Shown: positions 1-10,640 of the stretch, piece after piece
How the letters are laid out: each line of letters starts with the position of its first letter
How positions within the stretch are numbered: position 1 is the stretch's first letter
From: an uncultured virus (IMG/VR IMGVR_UViG_3300043567_001092)
Lineage: Duplodnaviria; Heunggongvirae; Uroviricota; Caudoviricetes
Strand: one strand, 5' to 3'
DNA: 64,000 nucleotides
IMG/VR virus record: IMGVR_UViG_3300043567_001092
The notes under the pieces: model-generated
Databases searched by the model: none
Seen by the model: only the letters and a program-made list of their open reading frames with translations
Told to the model about the DNA's origin: nothing
Program-made: the position numbers and the translations under genes

Positions 1-1219
1 ACATTTGGAATGCTGATAATATAACCCTGGCATTATTATCCATTAGATACTGGAATTCAGCATCTCTTCCGCCTTGATCCATTTGCTGCCAAGATATTTC
101 ATCTTCTTGGCCAACAGCAAATACTGGAGTTCTCCAACTATTGCTTACAGAATTGATTGATTGCTGAAATTGTAGTCTTGTTCTTTGTAACATTGCTTCA
201 TCGGCAGAATCTGATTTAAAAATTAACATACCCTTAGCAGCACGTCCATTTTGGAAGTAAAGCTTATTATGCATAGTTATGTTAATATGCGTAGTAATGG
301 CATTTAATGCTTGATCAATTGGAGTAAGTGGGTAGCCATTGTGTTCAATATTTGTTGTTGGGTATAAATTGTATACAACTAATTCTTCTTCAGTAAAAGC
401 TTGCACTGGCTTAAGATCGACAACTTGAACATATCTATATTCATCTTTTGTGTATTTTTCTACATCAATTTTTTTGTTTTTTAATTGCTGTAATTGTCTT
501 AAAGCTTCTCTTCTTAAAGATTGGTCTTGTTCTTTTTGTGGCAACATTTTATAAATTGTGCCAGCATCAGCAGCTCTCCATGCATACAATTCTTTTTGAG
601 CAGTCTTTGGGTTTATATGCCAGATAAACTCTGTAGCAAATCTTCCATAAGCAACGCCATCTCTAGTAGATAGTTTTAAGAACTGAGACAAATTCATTCT
701 ATCAGTCTCTTCGTCTAGAGTTCCTTTGCCACAATTCCAGAGCATTTTTTTAACTTTTTCTATTTTTTCTTGAAGTATCTTTTGTTCTTCTGGACTTCTG
801 ACGGCATTTTTGTCCATGTCTTGAACGTCAAAACCATTTGAAAATCTATCAATTCTAGGTCTACCAAAAGAAGATACATGATTTGATCTGATTTGCAAAA
901 TTTGATTAACTAATTCGTCTCCACCTGGGCCTGTAATCTTTTTAATGATTGAATCTGGAGTTAAATTTTGCTTAAGCTTATAGAAACCCATCGCACCTTG
1001 ATAATTTGCGTGAGGATCTACTTCAAAAGCCATTCTTTCAACTTGATTAATACTTTGCTGATTAATTGATTTAACTATTTGACCTAAAATGCCATATGGT
1101 TCATTTTTAGAACCTAAAGCTTCTGCTTCTTCAGCCTTTTTCAATTCAGAAATAGCAACTGGATCAATTGCTATAACTGGCTGGGCTTTCTTTTTTTCGG
1201 TTTTCTTTAAATCAGACAC
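1..1219 (-). CDS. Phage portal protein (runs off window start)
   Basis: Not in the ORF track; translated by hand from GTG at 1219 (GGAG upstream): MSDLKKTEKK...FLKLSTRDGVAYGRFATE...NGYPLTPIDQALNAI...NKLYFQNGRAAKGMLIF...RDAEFQYLMDNNARVILSAFQM. Portal-like motifs, downstream of terminase. Confidence 0.85.
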   Translation of the reverse strand, partial: MSDLKKTEKKKAQPVIAIDPVAISELKKAEEAEALGSKNEPYGILGQIVKSINQQSINQVERMAFEVDPHANYQGAMGFYKLKQNLTPDSIIKKITGPGGDELVNQILQIRSNHVSSFGRPRIDRFSNGFDVQDMDKNAVRSPEEQKILQEKIEKVKKMLWNCGKGTLDEETDRMNLSQFLKLSTRDGVAYGRFATEFIWHINPKTAQKELYAWRAADAGTIYKMLPQKEQDQSLRREALRQLQQLKNKKIDVEKYTKDEYRYVQVVDLKPVQAFTEEELVVYNLYPTTNIEHNGYPLTPIDQALNAITTHINITMHNKLYFQNGRAAKGMLIFKSDSADEAMLQRTRLQFQQSINSVSNSWRTPVFAVGQEDEISWQQMDQGGRDAEFQYLMDNNARVILSAFQM

Positions 1220-1222
1220 AAA

Positions 1223-2197
1223 TTACTCCACTGAGAAGAATTTAATATTGCAATTGTTTACTGACTTATTTACAATTTCACAGCTATAAGAATCGCCCAT
1301 TTTTGATAAATACCCTTTGAGGTATCTGTCGCCAGATTTTAATGGAGTAATTCTGTTTGAGTCATCAGTTGCATCATTAAATCTAACAGAGCATTCTTGA
1401 TCACATTCGATACTAACCATTTTTTTAACAGAAGTATATATAGTGATGCTTGAAGCAACGTAAGTTAGATTGCTTTCTTCTGGGATGGCTTCTGTTGAAA
1501 GAAAGTCGATAGTTGTTGGTGTAGATGAAACAATTTCATAAGTTTTATGAGAAACTGATGAGAAAGTTCCAGAAATTTGCATTTTTTGTCCTGGCCTTAC
1601 TAAATCATCTGCAAAAAATTGAACATCTGATGCTGTAGATGTAGAGATAGTTTCTTGAATTCCTTCAAAAGCTACGCCAGTTTCTCTGATTGCTGAAATT
1701 TTAGTTCCAGAAACACCAATTATTTTCCAAATACCTGAATTAATTGGATTAAATGCATAAGGACCAGCATCATTGAGACCTGGACCTTTAATTCTCATTA
1801 AGTCGCCAACAACAATAGAAGTTAAAGTCGCGCCAGAAAAATCAAACACTGCTAGTGCTGAATTATTAATTGTTACATTGCAAGTATTGATTCCAGAAAC
1901 AGATCTGATTGTTCTAAAGCCAGCTCCAGCAGAAGTTAGTCTGTAAATAGAATCTGTCTGAGAAGCAACAGCAATTGAAACAGTTGACGCTGGTGATAGC
2001 GAAGTTGTTACTGTAGAAGAAAACAGCTTAAAAGATTCGCCTGGCGCAAGAGTTTTTGTGCTACCTTGTGGATTTTTAACAAGAATTGATTCCAATCTTA
2101 ATCTGTTGTCGATATCTCTTTGATATGGAGAATCAGTAACTGCTGGATCGCTGTAGCATAAAATGTGATTAGTTATATTTAATATACTATCGGCCAT
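1223..2197 (-). CDS. Hypothetical beta-rich virion protein
   Basis: 324 aa, Ser/Thr-rich, AGGAG RBS, between terminase and portal, preceded by CCTAATCT motif. Confidence 0.55.
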   Translation of the reverse strand: MADSILNITNHILCYSDPAVTDSPYQRDIDNRLRLESILVKNPQGSTKTLAPGESFKLFSSTVTTSLSPASTVSIAVASQTDSIYRLTSAGAGFRTIRSVSGINTCNVTINNSALAVFDFSGATLTSIVVGDLMRIKGPGLNDAGPYAFNPINSGIWKIIGVSGTKISAIRETGVAFEGIQETISTSTASDVQFFADDLVRPGQKMQISGTFSSVSHKTYEIVSSTPTTIDFLSTEAIPEESNLTYVASSITIYTSVKKMVSIECDQECSVRFNDATDDSNRITPLKSGDRYLKGYLSKMGDSYSCEIVNKSVNNCNIKFFSVE

Positions 2198-2280
2198 GAG
2201 TTTCTCCTGTAATTCTATGTATCTAAAAGATTAGGAAATCTATAGAAATCTAAGTCTTTTTTATATATACCACATTTTTA

Positions 2281-4146
2281 TTAATCTGTATCGTCTGACC
2301 CAAAATCCCATATTATTAGGCCATCTGAAGATTTACCTTTTGATTCAAAACCCTGACCGTCTGTCAATTCTCTAACCTTTTGACTTAGCCAGTCTGGATA
2401 TTGTTTATTATAAATATCTGCTGGTGGAGGTTGCGACGGCGCAGCAGATAGCTTACCTTTGGCTTTGAACATGTTTTGAGCAGCATACCTTAAGGCATCT
2501 GCTATATCTGCAACTTCTGAATCATCTGGCTCTTGTGTTAAATCTCCAAGTGTATCTAATTTAAATGAATGTTCTGCAAACATAGACATAAGAATTTTAG
2601 TTCTTGCGTGTTTAACAACTTTCAACTTGCGAATACCCTTTGCATTTATAATTTGCCCACGAACAGCTTCTATACCGCCCCTAACATCTTTTTTAAAGTC
2701 TGAACAAACCATTCCGTTTTTTCTAAATGTTTTAATAAACATAGGTTCAGCAGTATCAAGATGCCATCTTGTTGGTTTGTACATTGCCTTAATTTTAAGT
2801 GCTAGGTCTAATATCTCGTCGAATTCTAATCCAGGAATAGAGTAGGCATCGACTAGCCACCATTCTTGACTTGGTAACAACGCTGTTACAACAAATGCTT
2901 GGGCATGGGCATGACCCCAGTCGCCGCCAACTTGAAACTTAACTCCAGCTTCAATCATTTTTTGTACCAGATCTTCTATTTCAATATCTTTGTGCATTGT
3001 TGTGCCAGTATATCGCTCCCAAGCTTGTTTCAATGTATACGTATTACCAGATCCGTCATCTTTATCTAAGAACCTTGGGTATACCATACCTTGAGAACTT
3101 GGCTTCCAGCACATTAACTGAGCTTCTGCTAAATCTGGGTCGGTTTTAGCAAACTGACTGATGACGAAATCAATTGGTTTCCACAATCCACCAACATCTT
3201 TCTCACTTCTGTTTGCCAACCGACCCCTGCAAACTGGGGCAAGTTTACAAGTTGCACATCCACCCATCACTGTTATCTCGTCGTAATTCTCTTGTACTTT
3301 TGTTTGTAATCTACCGTATCCTTCTTTATCTAAAGTTTCTAGTGGCAAATTTTTGTTTACATATATAGTTTTATGAGGCAAATCTGGTCTATGTCTTTCT
3401 GGTTGGCATTTTTCTGTGATATCAATTATGTTCCAGCGATACACATTCCAATTATTTTCTACGGCCTTTTCCATTTCTTTACTAAACAGTCCTCCAGGAA
3501 ACTTCATGGTAGAAGTCTTAATTGTTAATGGGTGCTGTCCGTTAAATACACCTGGAATAAATTCTGCTTCTTTAAACGCTCTAATTCCCTCTGCGCTTCT
3601 AATAGTATCTACTTCATCTACGCATAACAAATTTGAATGCGAGCTATTAGCTCCTGTTATAGTAGCAACAACAATTTTCATCCAAGACGAACTACCGTCT
3701 TTGTTTTTAATAGTAATTTCTTTGCTGTTTTGTGTATTTAAAAACATTCCATGGTGTTCTAAGTACGGAGCCATTTTAGTTAAAAAGGTATTTGTATAAC
3801 TTTTTGCTGCTGTAGCTTGCGGAACGATGGCAGCCATGTGACATATTGTGGCTCCAAAGTGAGCCATCAAAATCACGGAAAGTATTGATTCGGTTAAGGT
3901 TTTATAACTTTCTCTTGAAGAAATTGTAATTACAGACGGTGATTTCCAACTTTCATTTTTTCTATACATGTCATATACATCATACATCCATTCAATAGGA
4001 CTAGAATTTGAATCTGGATCTATAGATGAATCTGGTAAATCAAGTCCGAGGAAATTGTGTACCCAATTTTTCAAATGTTCTTTGTCATGAAATTTCACGA
4101 GAAATGTTTTTGCTAAATTTTCATCAAATTTAAAGTCTACACTCAT
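2281..4146 (-). CDS. terL: Terminase large subunit
   Basis: Deviant Walker A (SSRESYKT), Walker B LLCVDEVD, TST coupling motif, RNase H-like nuclease residues (VGGDWG, HLDTAEP, DIADALRYA); near portal. Confidence 0.9.
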   Translation of the reverse strand: MSVDFKFDENLAKTFLVKFHDKEHLKNWVHNFLGLDLPDSSIDPDSNSSPIEWMYDVYDMYRKNESWKSPSVITISSRESYKTLTESILSVILMAHFGATICHMAAIVPQATAAKSYTNTFLTKMAPYLEHHGMFLNTQNSKEITIKNKDGSSSWMKIVVATITGANSSHSNLLCVDEVDTIRSAEGIRAFKEAEFIPGVFNGQHPLTIKTSTMKFPGGLFSKEMEKAVENNWNVYRWNIIDITEKCQPERHRPDLPHKTIYVNKNLPLETLDKEGYGRLQTKVQENYDEITVMGGCATCKLAPVCRGRLANRSEKDVGGLWKPIDFVISQFAKTDPDLAEAQLMCWKPSSQGMVYPRFLDKDDGSGNTYTLKQAWERYTGTTMHKDIEIEDLVQKMIEAGVKFQVGGDWGHAHAQAFVVTALLPSQEWWLVDAYSIPGLEFDEILDLALKIKAMYKPTRWHLDTAEPMFIKTFRKNGMVCSDFKKDVRGGIEAVRGQIINAKGIRKLKVVKHARTKILMSMFAEHSFKLDTLGDLTQEPDDSEVADIADALRYAAQNMFKAKGKLSAAPSQPPPADIYNKQYPDWLSQKVRELTDGQGFESKGKSSDGLIIWDFGSDDTD

Positions 4147-4778
4147 CGTTTTTTAGCCTCTGATAGAATAGCCAATATTTTAGCTGCATCTTCTGATGAT
4201 AGTTCACCATTGCCAGACTTATCCGCATGAACTGAAACATTTATATCTTGCGTATTCGTTATCTCAACTTTAGAGTTTTTATCTTGGCCTGTTATTTTTA
4301 ACAAACCTTCAGTAATCTTTAAGAGGTTTTGAAGAGACCCGATTGCCATTGTTCCCTCTAGATCTTTTTCATCACCTGATTGCAAATATTTTTTAAGTTT
4401 ATCAGATTGCTGTTTTCTTGCAACGGCTAATAAATCTGCATACAATTCTGTTGTTTCAAGTTGTGCTTTAGCAACTTTATCCCTGATTCGTCTTTGAAGC
4501 ATCATTGCGTATGCGTCTTTGTTTTCATCCCAACGGTATTTAATTCTAGCATCAATTATTGCTTCTACCGGAAACGCTTTGTTAAGTCTATGGATTTCTT
4601 CAATTGATGAGCCGTTTAGGAATAATTCAAACATTTTTGCTGCAGATTCTGGAGCTAGTCCTTTTCCGCCATTTGCGATATATCTTTCTAAGTCTATGAT
4701 TTCTTTGGACGTTAAAATACCTGCCGCAAGATCAGCATAATCTCCAGGTCGATATAATTGAAGCCCTTTTTGTTCCAT
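4143..4778 (-). CDS. Putative terminase small subunit
   Basis: 211 aa helical protein with HTH-like segment, overlaps terL start by 4 nt; call mostly positional. Confidence 0.55.
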   Translation of the reverse strand: MEQKGLQLYRPGDYADLAAGILTSKEIIDLERYIANGGKGLAPESAAKMFELFLNGSSIEEIHRLNKAFPVEAIIDARIKYRWDENKDAYAMMLQRRIRDKVAKAQLETTELYADLLAVARKQQSDKLKKYLQSGDEKDLEGTMAIGSLQNLLKITEGLLKITGQDKNSKVEITNTQDINVSVHADKSGNGELSSEDAAKILAILSEAKKR

Positions 4779-4796
4779 AGTATAATATATACCACA

Positions 4797-5126
4797 TTAA
4801 TCTATATCATTTGAATCTATGACCTTTTTTTTGCCAAAATAGACAATTACCCTAGTTTCATTCCACAAAAGAGATTGAGTCCACCTGCAGATGGCTACTA
4901 ACGCCGAATTAAGCTGTTCTTTTGTGAATACATCTCCCTTTTGAGTCTTGCAGCGATATGTGACCGTTTTTGTTTCTATGTCTACATTTGCCTCAGATGA
5001 TTTTACCGATGGAATGAGCAATGGCCATCTTTTTAATTGCAAAGCTTGCGCTTCATGAATTGCGCCAATTCTTACCGTAACGCCTTTTAAATATAGTAAT
5101 TGTTCTCTTACTTTTTGAGAATCCAT
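4797..5126 (-). CDS. Hypothetical protein
   Basis: 109 aa ORF, abuts sbcD, AGGAG upstream. Confidence 0.6.
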   Translation of the reverse strand: MDSQKVREQLLYLKGVTVRIGAIHEAQALQLKRWPLLIPSVKSSEANVDIETKTVTYRCKTQKGDVFTKEQLNSALVAICRWTQSLLWNETRVIVYFGKKKVIDSNDID

Positions 5127-5127
5127 T

Positions 5128-6138
5128 CTACACTCCTTGTTTTAAACTTGGGCAATTTTCGTAAATTTTTCTTAATATTTGTTCTTTGTGATTTTGTAAC
5201 TGGTTCTCTTCAAAGAATCTATTAGAGAACTGACTAAAAGCTTTGCTAATACCATCTGATTCTTTAATATCAATAACTTTCATCTCGTCAGTATACTCTG
5301 TTTTAATTTTAACTGAATCTGGAAGTGTCTTAGATATTTTTTTAATAAAGTCTCTTGTACCTTTTAATTCTACGTAAGTTCTGTTTGATGGCGGCACATC
5401 TGGTATTTCTTGTCCTTCTTCAATAACAACTTTTGTAAATGGTTCAGATACGCTTGATGGTGTTGGAAAGAATTTTCTATTCCCAGAGCTGTACAATGCA
5501 GTTATTCCTTTGACTTCTCCAATATCAGATCTAGTTAAATGCCTAGTTGTTCCTACATAAAGTACTTTGTCAAATTCTTGAGATTTATGTATATGACCAG
5601 ATATAAATTTGATATCAGTTGGGTACTGTGAAAGATCAAATCCATGAGGTGCATAGAAACCATTCTCATACATACAACCTTGAAATTCAGTATGACAAAG
5701 GATTGTTTTGATTCCTTTGGAGTATGCCTCTAAAACTTTTTCTTTAAAAACGTCTTCTTTGCGAATATAACCAATCGCCCCTACTCCGTTTGCTATCTGT
5801 ATAACGTCTTCTTTAATTATATTTATTTGATCATCGTGGGCTCTCATAGCCGATGCTGTTCCATCTTGGTTCATATCGTGATTGCCTTCTAAAGCAAACA
5901 CTTTTACTGATTTGTTCTGGTTAAACTTATTAAATTGTTTTCGCCAAAAATTCATTACCTCTACTCTGGTAACTGCGAAATCGTTATATTGATCTCCCAT
6001 AAACACAACATGAACTTCAGATTCTTTGCTGAAATCATTGGCAATTCCAATAATCCAATCAATAATTTTGGATACTTCTTCAGTGTCCTCTTTTCTTACG
6101 TGCATGTCGCCTATAGGCAATATAACATAATTATCCAA
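5128..6138 (-). CDS. sbcD: SbcD/Mre11-like (T4 gp47-like) nuclease
   Basis: Metallophosphoesterase motifs GDMH, GDQY, GNHD, LCH, SGHIH; SbcC partner at 13848. Confidence 0.88.
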   Translation of the reverse strand: MDNYVILPIGDMHVRKEDTEEVSKIIDWIIGIANDFSKESEVHVVFMGDQYNDFAVTRVEVMNFWRKQFNKFNQNKSVKVFALEGNHDMNQDGTASAMRAHDDQINIIKEDVIQIANGVGAIGYIRKEDVFKEKVLEAYSKGIKTILCHTEFQGCMYENGFYAPHGFDLSQYPTDIKFISGHIHKSQEFDKVLYVGTTRHLTRSDIGEVKGITALYSSGNRKFFPTPSSVSEPFTKVVIEEGQEIPDVPPSNRTYVELKGTRDFIKKISKTLPDSVKIKTEYTDEMKVIDIKESDGISKAFSQFSNRFFEENQLQNHKEQILRKIYENCPSLKQGV

Positions 6139-6418
6139 TTTTATATCCTATTATTTCATTTTCTGGACATAAAACAAAGTTATTTTCTTCAAATGAAAAC
6201 AATGTCTTAGCCCATGGTTTTAAACCAGAATCTCCACGAATAATTACTTTGTCTCCTGGTTTTAAATCTGTCTCACCTAATTTATAGCACATAACAAGTT
6301 CACAGTCAATTAGATTGATACGTTGAGAGATTCTTACTAGACCTCCTGACGTATCCGACTCTATTTTTTTAAATTCTGGTTGCTTAATTGCTAATAAACC
6401 TTTATTTGTACCTAACAT
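6131..6418 (-). CDS. groES: GroES-like co-chaperonin
   Basis: 95 aa; mobile-loop-like TSGGLV, LKPGDKVII and FVLCPENEIIG follow the Cpn10 pattern (SAGGIV / VKVGDxVI / LIMxExDILA). Confidence 0.7.
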   Translation of the reverse strand: MLGTNKGLLAIKQPEFKKIESDTSGGLVRISQRINLIDCELVMCYKLGETDLKPGDKVIIRGDSGLKPWAKTLFSFEENNFVLCPENEIIGYKIG

Positions 6419-6426
6419 ATTGTCTC

Positions 6427-7425
6427 CTAAAACATTTCTTTAATATCGCCAATTTTTAAAAACAATACTTTTTGCTCTAGCGGCGTTAGTGTTTTTAAGA
6501 TTTTTAGTATTTTTAATTTTAAATCATTGTTTTCTATCTCATTTAACAAGTCTAAGCCACTTACTAACTTTTCGCCAAGTGTTAGATTGTTATCGTATTT
6601 TTCATCAATGCTACATACTTGATTTGCTGCTGCATCAATTAAAGATAGATCGTCTGCTGTTGTTCCTGCGAAACTTTCATTAACAAATGATTTTAAGTCT
6701 TCGCCAGAGATATCTGCATCCTTTAATTTTGCCTTCCTAGCTCTATATAGTATTCTTTTGTCTTTAGGCGGTAATTTGACCAAAGTCGCTGAATAATCTT
6801 CTGACATATTTAAAGTCATTCTGCCGATTGCAACAGATCTAAACACTGTTTTATAAGGAGGAACAAAATTATCTATGGCTTCTAATAAACCCCTTGAAGC
6901 ATCTTGTATGAGGTCCATATAATCTACGTGGTGTTCTGAGGTTTTAGACCAAAACAACTTAGCTCTATTAATAGCTAGCGGTAAATTAGTTTCGCAAAGG
7001 CTCTTTCTTAATGAAAGTATTTCTTCGTAAGTATTTTGAAGTTCTTTTTTATGAGGTCCTTCGTAGTTATCTAGGACCCATTTAACAAATAGATAGTTAA
7101 TTCTAAATCTGTGTAGTTTTTTGGCGTCTTTTGATAAAAGTATTGGAAACATCTTTTTAGAAAAAGTATCTTGTCTTTCTCTAAAATAAGGTCTTACAGA
7201 CAATTTGTTTTTCTTTACTTCCAATATATAGTATATAAAATCTTCGTATGTTTTTTCTCCGTGCGAAGTGGACAATAAAGTGGATTTAAATGTTCTTTCT
7301 AGTTTAAATAGTTTGTTAAGGTTCTCTTTTTGAGACTTTCCATTTAAACTATCGCTATCTTTTAGCGCAACATCTAAATCTGCTATAAATTTTTTAAAAA
7401 GTGTAGGCTGTTGTTTCTGTTTCAT
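6427..7425 (-). CDS. Sigma70-family RNA polymerase sigma factor lacking region 4.2
   Basis: Region 2: NLPLAINRAK...YMDLIQDASRGLLEAIDNF...FRSVA; region 3-like SIDEK...TLGE; region 4.1 LTPLEQKVLFLKIG then stop. Start moved from 7524 to ATG 7425, which removes the helicase overlap and follows a promoter motif. Confidence 0.8.
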   Translation of the reverse strand: MKQKQQPTLFKKFIADLDVALKDSDSLNGKSQKENLNKLFKLERTFKSTLLSTSHGEKTYEDFIYYILEVKKNKLSVRPYFRERQDTFSKKMFPILLSKDAKKLHRFRINYLFVKWVLDNYEGPHKKELQNTYEEILSLRKSLCETNLPLAINRAKLFWSKTSEHHVDYMDLIQDASRGLLEAIDNFVPPYKTVFRSVAIGRMTLNMSEDYSATLVKLPPKDKRILYRARKAKLKDADISGEDLKSFVNESFAGTTADDLSLIDAAANQVCSIDEKYDNNLTLGEKLVSGLDLLNEIENNDLKLKILKILKTLTPLEQKVLFLKIGDIKEMF

Positions 7426-7444
7426 AAACACACATACCACATTT

Positions 7445-8932
7445 TTATATCTCTTGTACGTCTCCCAGTTGTTCGTATATACCAATTCGCGTATCACAGT
7501 GCCTTTCCATTGATGGAGAGCCATTTACTTTGAAATCTACTACTATTACGTCTTCTTTTCCTGGTACGATCCTAGTGCCCCTGCCTATAGCTTGTTTTAT
7601 TTTGATTTCTGACATCCCACCCTGTAAATATATTAGACAGCCAGTTGGTCTCAAATCAACTCCAGTAGCAATTGCTGAGGTTCCTATTAATAGTTTTGTT
7701 TCTCCAGAATTGAATCTTTCTATAATAGCTTCATTATCAGGGTCCCAGTATTCTTTTGGCAAGATGTCTCTGAGTTTCGTTCCATCTGCATTTTCTCTAT
7801 TTGAAGCTCCGCCATGGGCAAACTCAAACGGTATTGTTATATAGTTTTTTAATGCAAGGAATTGGCCAAATTCTTCAATTAGTATTACAGTTGGTCTATT
7901 GGCTAAAGTTATAGCTTTATAAGCAAAATCTGCTGCTAGTTTGTTTACATTTGGATTTAAATACAGTTGATTTTGAGTTTCTTTATTTATATCCTTTGCG
8001 CCAGCAAACCCTTTTGATGGAACATTAAATACTTTAAAAAAAGGTCTTGCAAGATATTTTTCTTCTACTAGATCTTTAAAGTCTTTTCTATATACTACTG
8101 GTCCAGTGATTCCTTTTAGGACCATATCTGACCCGTCATTTCTCATTTGAGTTGCAGAAACAAAGAATCTGTATTGAGCATTTTTAAGCGCACCTAGGCA
8201 CACTTTTTCAAAAGTTTCGCTTGGTGTAGTATGGGCTTCGTCGGCTATAAACATTTCTGTTTTACTGAAAAACTCATATTCTTCTGTTCCTGGCTCAATT
8301 CTTGTTAACGCCTGACCTGTTGCTATAGTGAATAGTTTTTTAATTTCTTTCTTTCCGTCACCATATTTACCAACGAATTTTTTACCAAATAAGTGTACCA
8401 TTTCTTCGTATATTTGGTTTGTTATTGTTTTTGCTGGTGTCATTATAACCGTTTGAACTGGAAGTTCTTTGCAGAGAGTAAACAAACATAGAGTTTTTCC
8501 TGCTCCAGTTGGTAATTCTATTGCACCATGGCCAGTTTTGATTAAAGCATCGACTGCAGCTCTTTGATATGTTCTTGGTGGAAACTTAGGGGCATGTTCC
8601 CATGGGATTTGTCTTTTTGGTTCTGGCTTTAATGGAGCCTGTTCTAATTCCCATCCAAATATATTTTGCAAATCTTGCCAAAGACCAGAGTAGGTACATG
8701 GTAACCCATCTTTGTTATAAAATAGTAAAGATCTTGTTTGATTCTTTTTTAATTCTTCTATTCTAGATTCAAATGCTTCTGGATCTTTTTTCTTCCAAAA
8801 TATATTTTGTTTCATTTTTTGAAGTTGATAACCAACGCTTCTGTCTGTAAAAGACAAAAATCTTTTAACTTTATCGGAATCATCTGGGAGAATGATAACT
8901 GCTGGTGAATCGTATCTCATAATGTTGCTCAT
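7445..8932 (-). CDS. Superfamily 2 helicase (UvsW-like)
   Basis: YQ motif, PTGAGKT, DEAH, SAT, TGVD, QAIGRGTR. Confidence 0.9.
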   Translation of the reverse strand: MSNIMRYDSPAVIILPDDSDKVKRFLSFTDRSVGYQLQKMKQNIFWKKKDPEAFESRIEELKKNQTRSLLFYNKDGLPCTYSGLWQDLQNIFGWELEQAPLKPEPKRQIPWEHAPKFPPRTYQRAAVDALIKTGHGAIELPTGAGKTLCLFTLCKELPVQTVIMTPAKTITNQIYEEMVHLFGKKFVGKYGDGKKEIKKLFTIATGQALTRIEPGTEEYEFFSKTEMFIADEAHTTPSETFEKVCLGALKNAQYRFFVSATQMRNDGSDMVLKGITGPVVYRKDFKDLVEEKYLARPFFKVFNVPSKGFAGAKDINKETQNQLYLNPNVNKLAADFAYKAITLANRPTVILIEEFGQFLALKNYITIPFEFAHGGASNRENADGTKLRDILPKEYWDPDNEAIIERFNSGETKLLIGTSAIATGVDLRPTGCLIYLQGGMSEIKIKQAIGRGTRIVPGKEDVIVVDFKVNGSPSMERHCDTRIGIYEQLGDVQEI

Positions 8933-10455
8933 TTATTCTCCTGATCTTTATTATTAAGCAATGTTAAATTAACACTTTTTTCTGCTAATCTTTTAGCATT
9001 TTCTTTTAAAGCTATTGATTCTTTTTCCATCATTTCTTGAATATTACTTATAAGTAATTCTAAAGATTTAACTTCGGTTTTAGACATTTCTCTTTCTTTT
9101 TGTGTAGTTTCTTCTTTTACTATATGTAGAGAAGATTGCTTAGAGTTTCTCTTTTTCTCTATATCTTCTAACATTTTTTTATGAAATTCTAATGCTTCAG
9201 ATACATTTTCGTTTTCTGTGGAAATTCCTTCATCAAGAGGTTTGCCATTTAGTTTGTTAGTAACATTTTGTATTCTTTTGCGTTCATTTTCTATCCAAAG
9301 ATGTTTATTCGCAACTTCGGCTTTTATTAGAACTGGAAGTTTTTCTGTCAAAATATCATTTATAATAGATTCTGCATTTTCCCACAAAATAAACTTATTG
9401 CCAAAGAAGAATGAATCTGGACCAGGGAACCTTCTGGTATAACCAGACACTTGTCTTAATCCACTTGAGTCTAATTGCCAGAAGTTTTCTCCATCATATA
9501 CCTGCATTGGTATCCAATCGTCTTTTTTGTCATAATTTGCAGTTCTTTCTTCATTTTTGAACAATGGGGAATATTCGATGTTAAATGTTTTTTGATATTC
9601 ATTTTTAATGAATTCTTTAATTTTATCTATTTTTTCGTTTACTGTCATAGATGATACTGTGGTTTCAAGTTGTTCAATTCTGTTTTTAGATTGTACATCT
9701 TTATTTTTTGGAGATGTTGCAATTAATCTTTTAAGTACTTCTAGCTGTTTTTTACTGACACCGTTTCCAGATTTTAGTTGAGATATACACGTATCGACCA
9801 TACTTTTATGGAATTGTGACGGTTCTATTTCTTCTAATTCTGTTAATAATTTTGTATTTTCTGTTTCTTTTTCTGGCGCTTCTAATGTAGTTTTTGTGTC
9901 TAATATTGGAATTGTTTTTGTAGATGTCTTTTTTAAACCCTTTTCAATATAAGAAAGTCTTTCTAGTAGGATTGCATCCCTTTGTGCCGAAATGTCTAAA
10001 ATAGAGTTTAAATTTAATGCGTTTATAACACTATCATTAATTGTCATTACATACATTACTCGTTTTATTACATCGTGTCCTTGTTCTAATATTGGAAAAA
10101 CACCTTTTGTAATAGACATGAATGTATATCCCCAGTTAGGACCATCAAACACAACTTTTTTCTTAAATTTCTTTTTTACATTTTTATCGTTAAAGAAAAT
10201 GTCCATTGCAAGTTTTTTAGAGAAAAAGAAAGTAAATTTTTTTTGGGTAAGTGCTGCATTAAGTAGACTGGCAGTCAGGATAGAGTTTACCGAAGTACTT
10301 TTATATCCTCCCTTAAGGACTTCTACCATCATTTCATTTAATTCTTTGTTTTTAGGCAAATGAGTAGTAATATCGGTAAGTTTGCCAATTGATTCATTCC
10401 CTTTTTTATTAACTTTTTCTATTAACTTTGATAAATCATTGAGATCATTTTTCAT
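8929..10455 (-). CDS. Hypothetical Lys-rich protein next to candidate origin
   Basis: 508 aa, GGAG RBS, own TTGCAA-17-TATAAT promoter; no recognisable catalytic motif. Confidence 0.6.
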   Translation of the reverse strand: MKNDLNDLSKLIEKVNKKGNESIGKLTDITTHLPKNKELNEMMVEVLKGGYKSTSVNSILTASLLNAALTQKKFTFFFSKKLAMDIFFNDKNVKKKFKKKVVFDGPNWGYTFMSITKGVFPILEQGHDVIKRVMYVMTINDSVINALNLNSILDISAQRDAILLERLSYIEKGLKKTSTKTIPILDTKTTLEAPEKETENTKLLTELEEIEPSQFHKSMVDTCISQLKSGNGVSKKQLEVLKRLIATSPKNKDVQSKNRIEQLETTVSSMTVNEKIDKIKEFIKNEYQKTFNIEYSPLFKNEERTANYDKKDDWIPMQVYDGENFWQLDSSGLRQVSGYTRRFPGPDSFFFGNKFILWENAESIINDILTEKLPVLIKAEVANKHLWIENERKRIQNVTNKLNGKPLDEGISTENENVSEALEFHKKMLEDIEKKRNSKQSSLHIVKEETTQKEREMSKTEVKSLELLISNIQEMMEKESIALKENAKRLAEKSVNLTLLNNKDQENK

Positions 10456-10475
10456 TTTAGCTCCGATATACTAGA

Positions 10476-10504
10476 ATTATACCACATTATAAATAAATTT
10501 GCAA
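10476..10504 (-). promoter_or_regulatory. Sigma70-type promoter
   Basis: Minus strand TTGCAA-N17-TATAAT with TGTGG extended -10. Confidence 0.7.
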
Positions 10505-10524
10505 ATATTTAGAAAATTTTGAGC

Positions 10525-10574
10525 AACTTTTCAAAAGTTTTCAGAAGTTTTTAAAACTTTTCAGAACTTTTTTA
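10525..10574. repeat. Five tandem 10-bp direct repeats
   Basis: AACTTTTCAA AAGTTTTCAG AAGTTTTTAA AACTTTTCAG AACTTTTTTA. Confidence 0.85.
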
Positions 10575-10640
10575 GGTTCAAAACTGATTATTATTTAATA
10601 AAACTATGCATTTATAAAGGAATTTTAAAATAAAAACTCG

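Noticed and set aside
6419..6480. Frameshift restoring sigma region 4.2
   Set aside because: The stop is followed within 8 nt by the RBS and ATG of the GroES-like gene, leaving no room for an HTH
7426..7524. Upstream extension of the sigma ORF given in the track
   Set aside because: Overlaps the helicase by 80 nt and spans the promoter motif; ATG 7425 is more plausible
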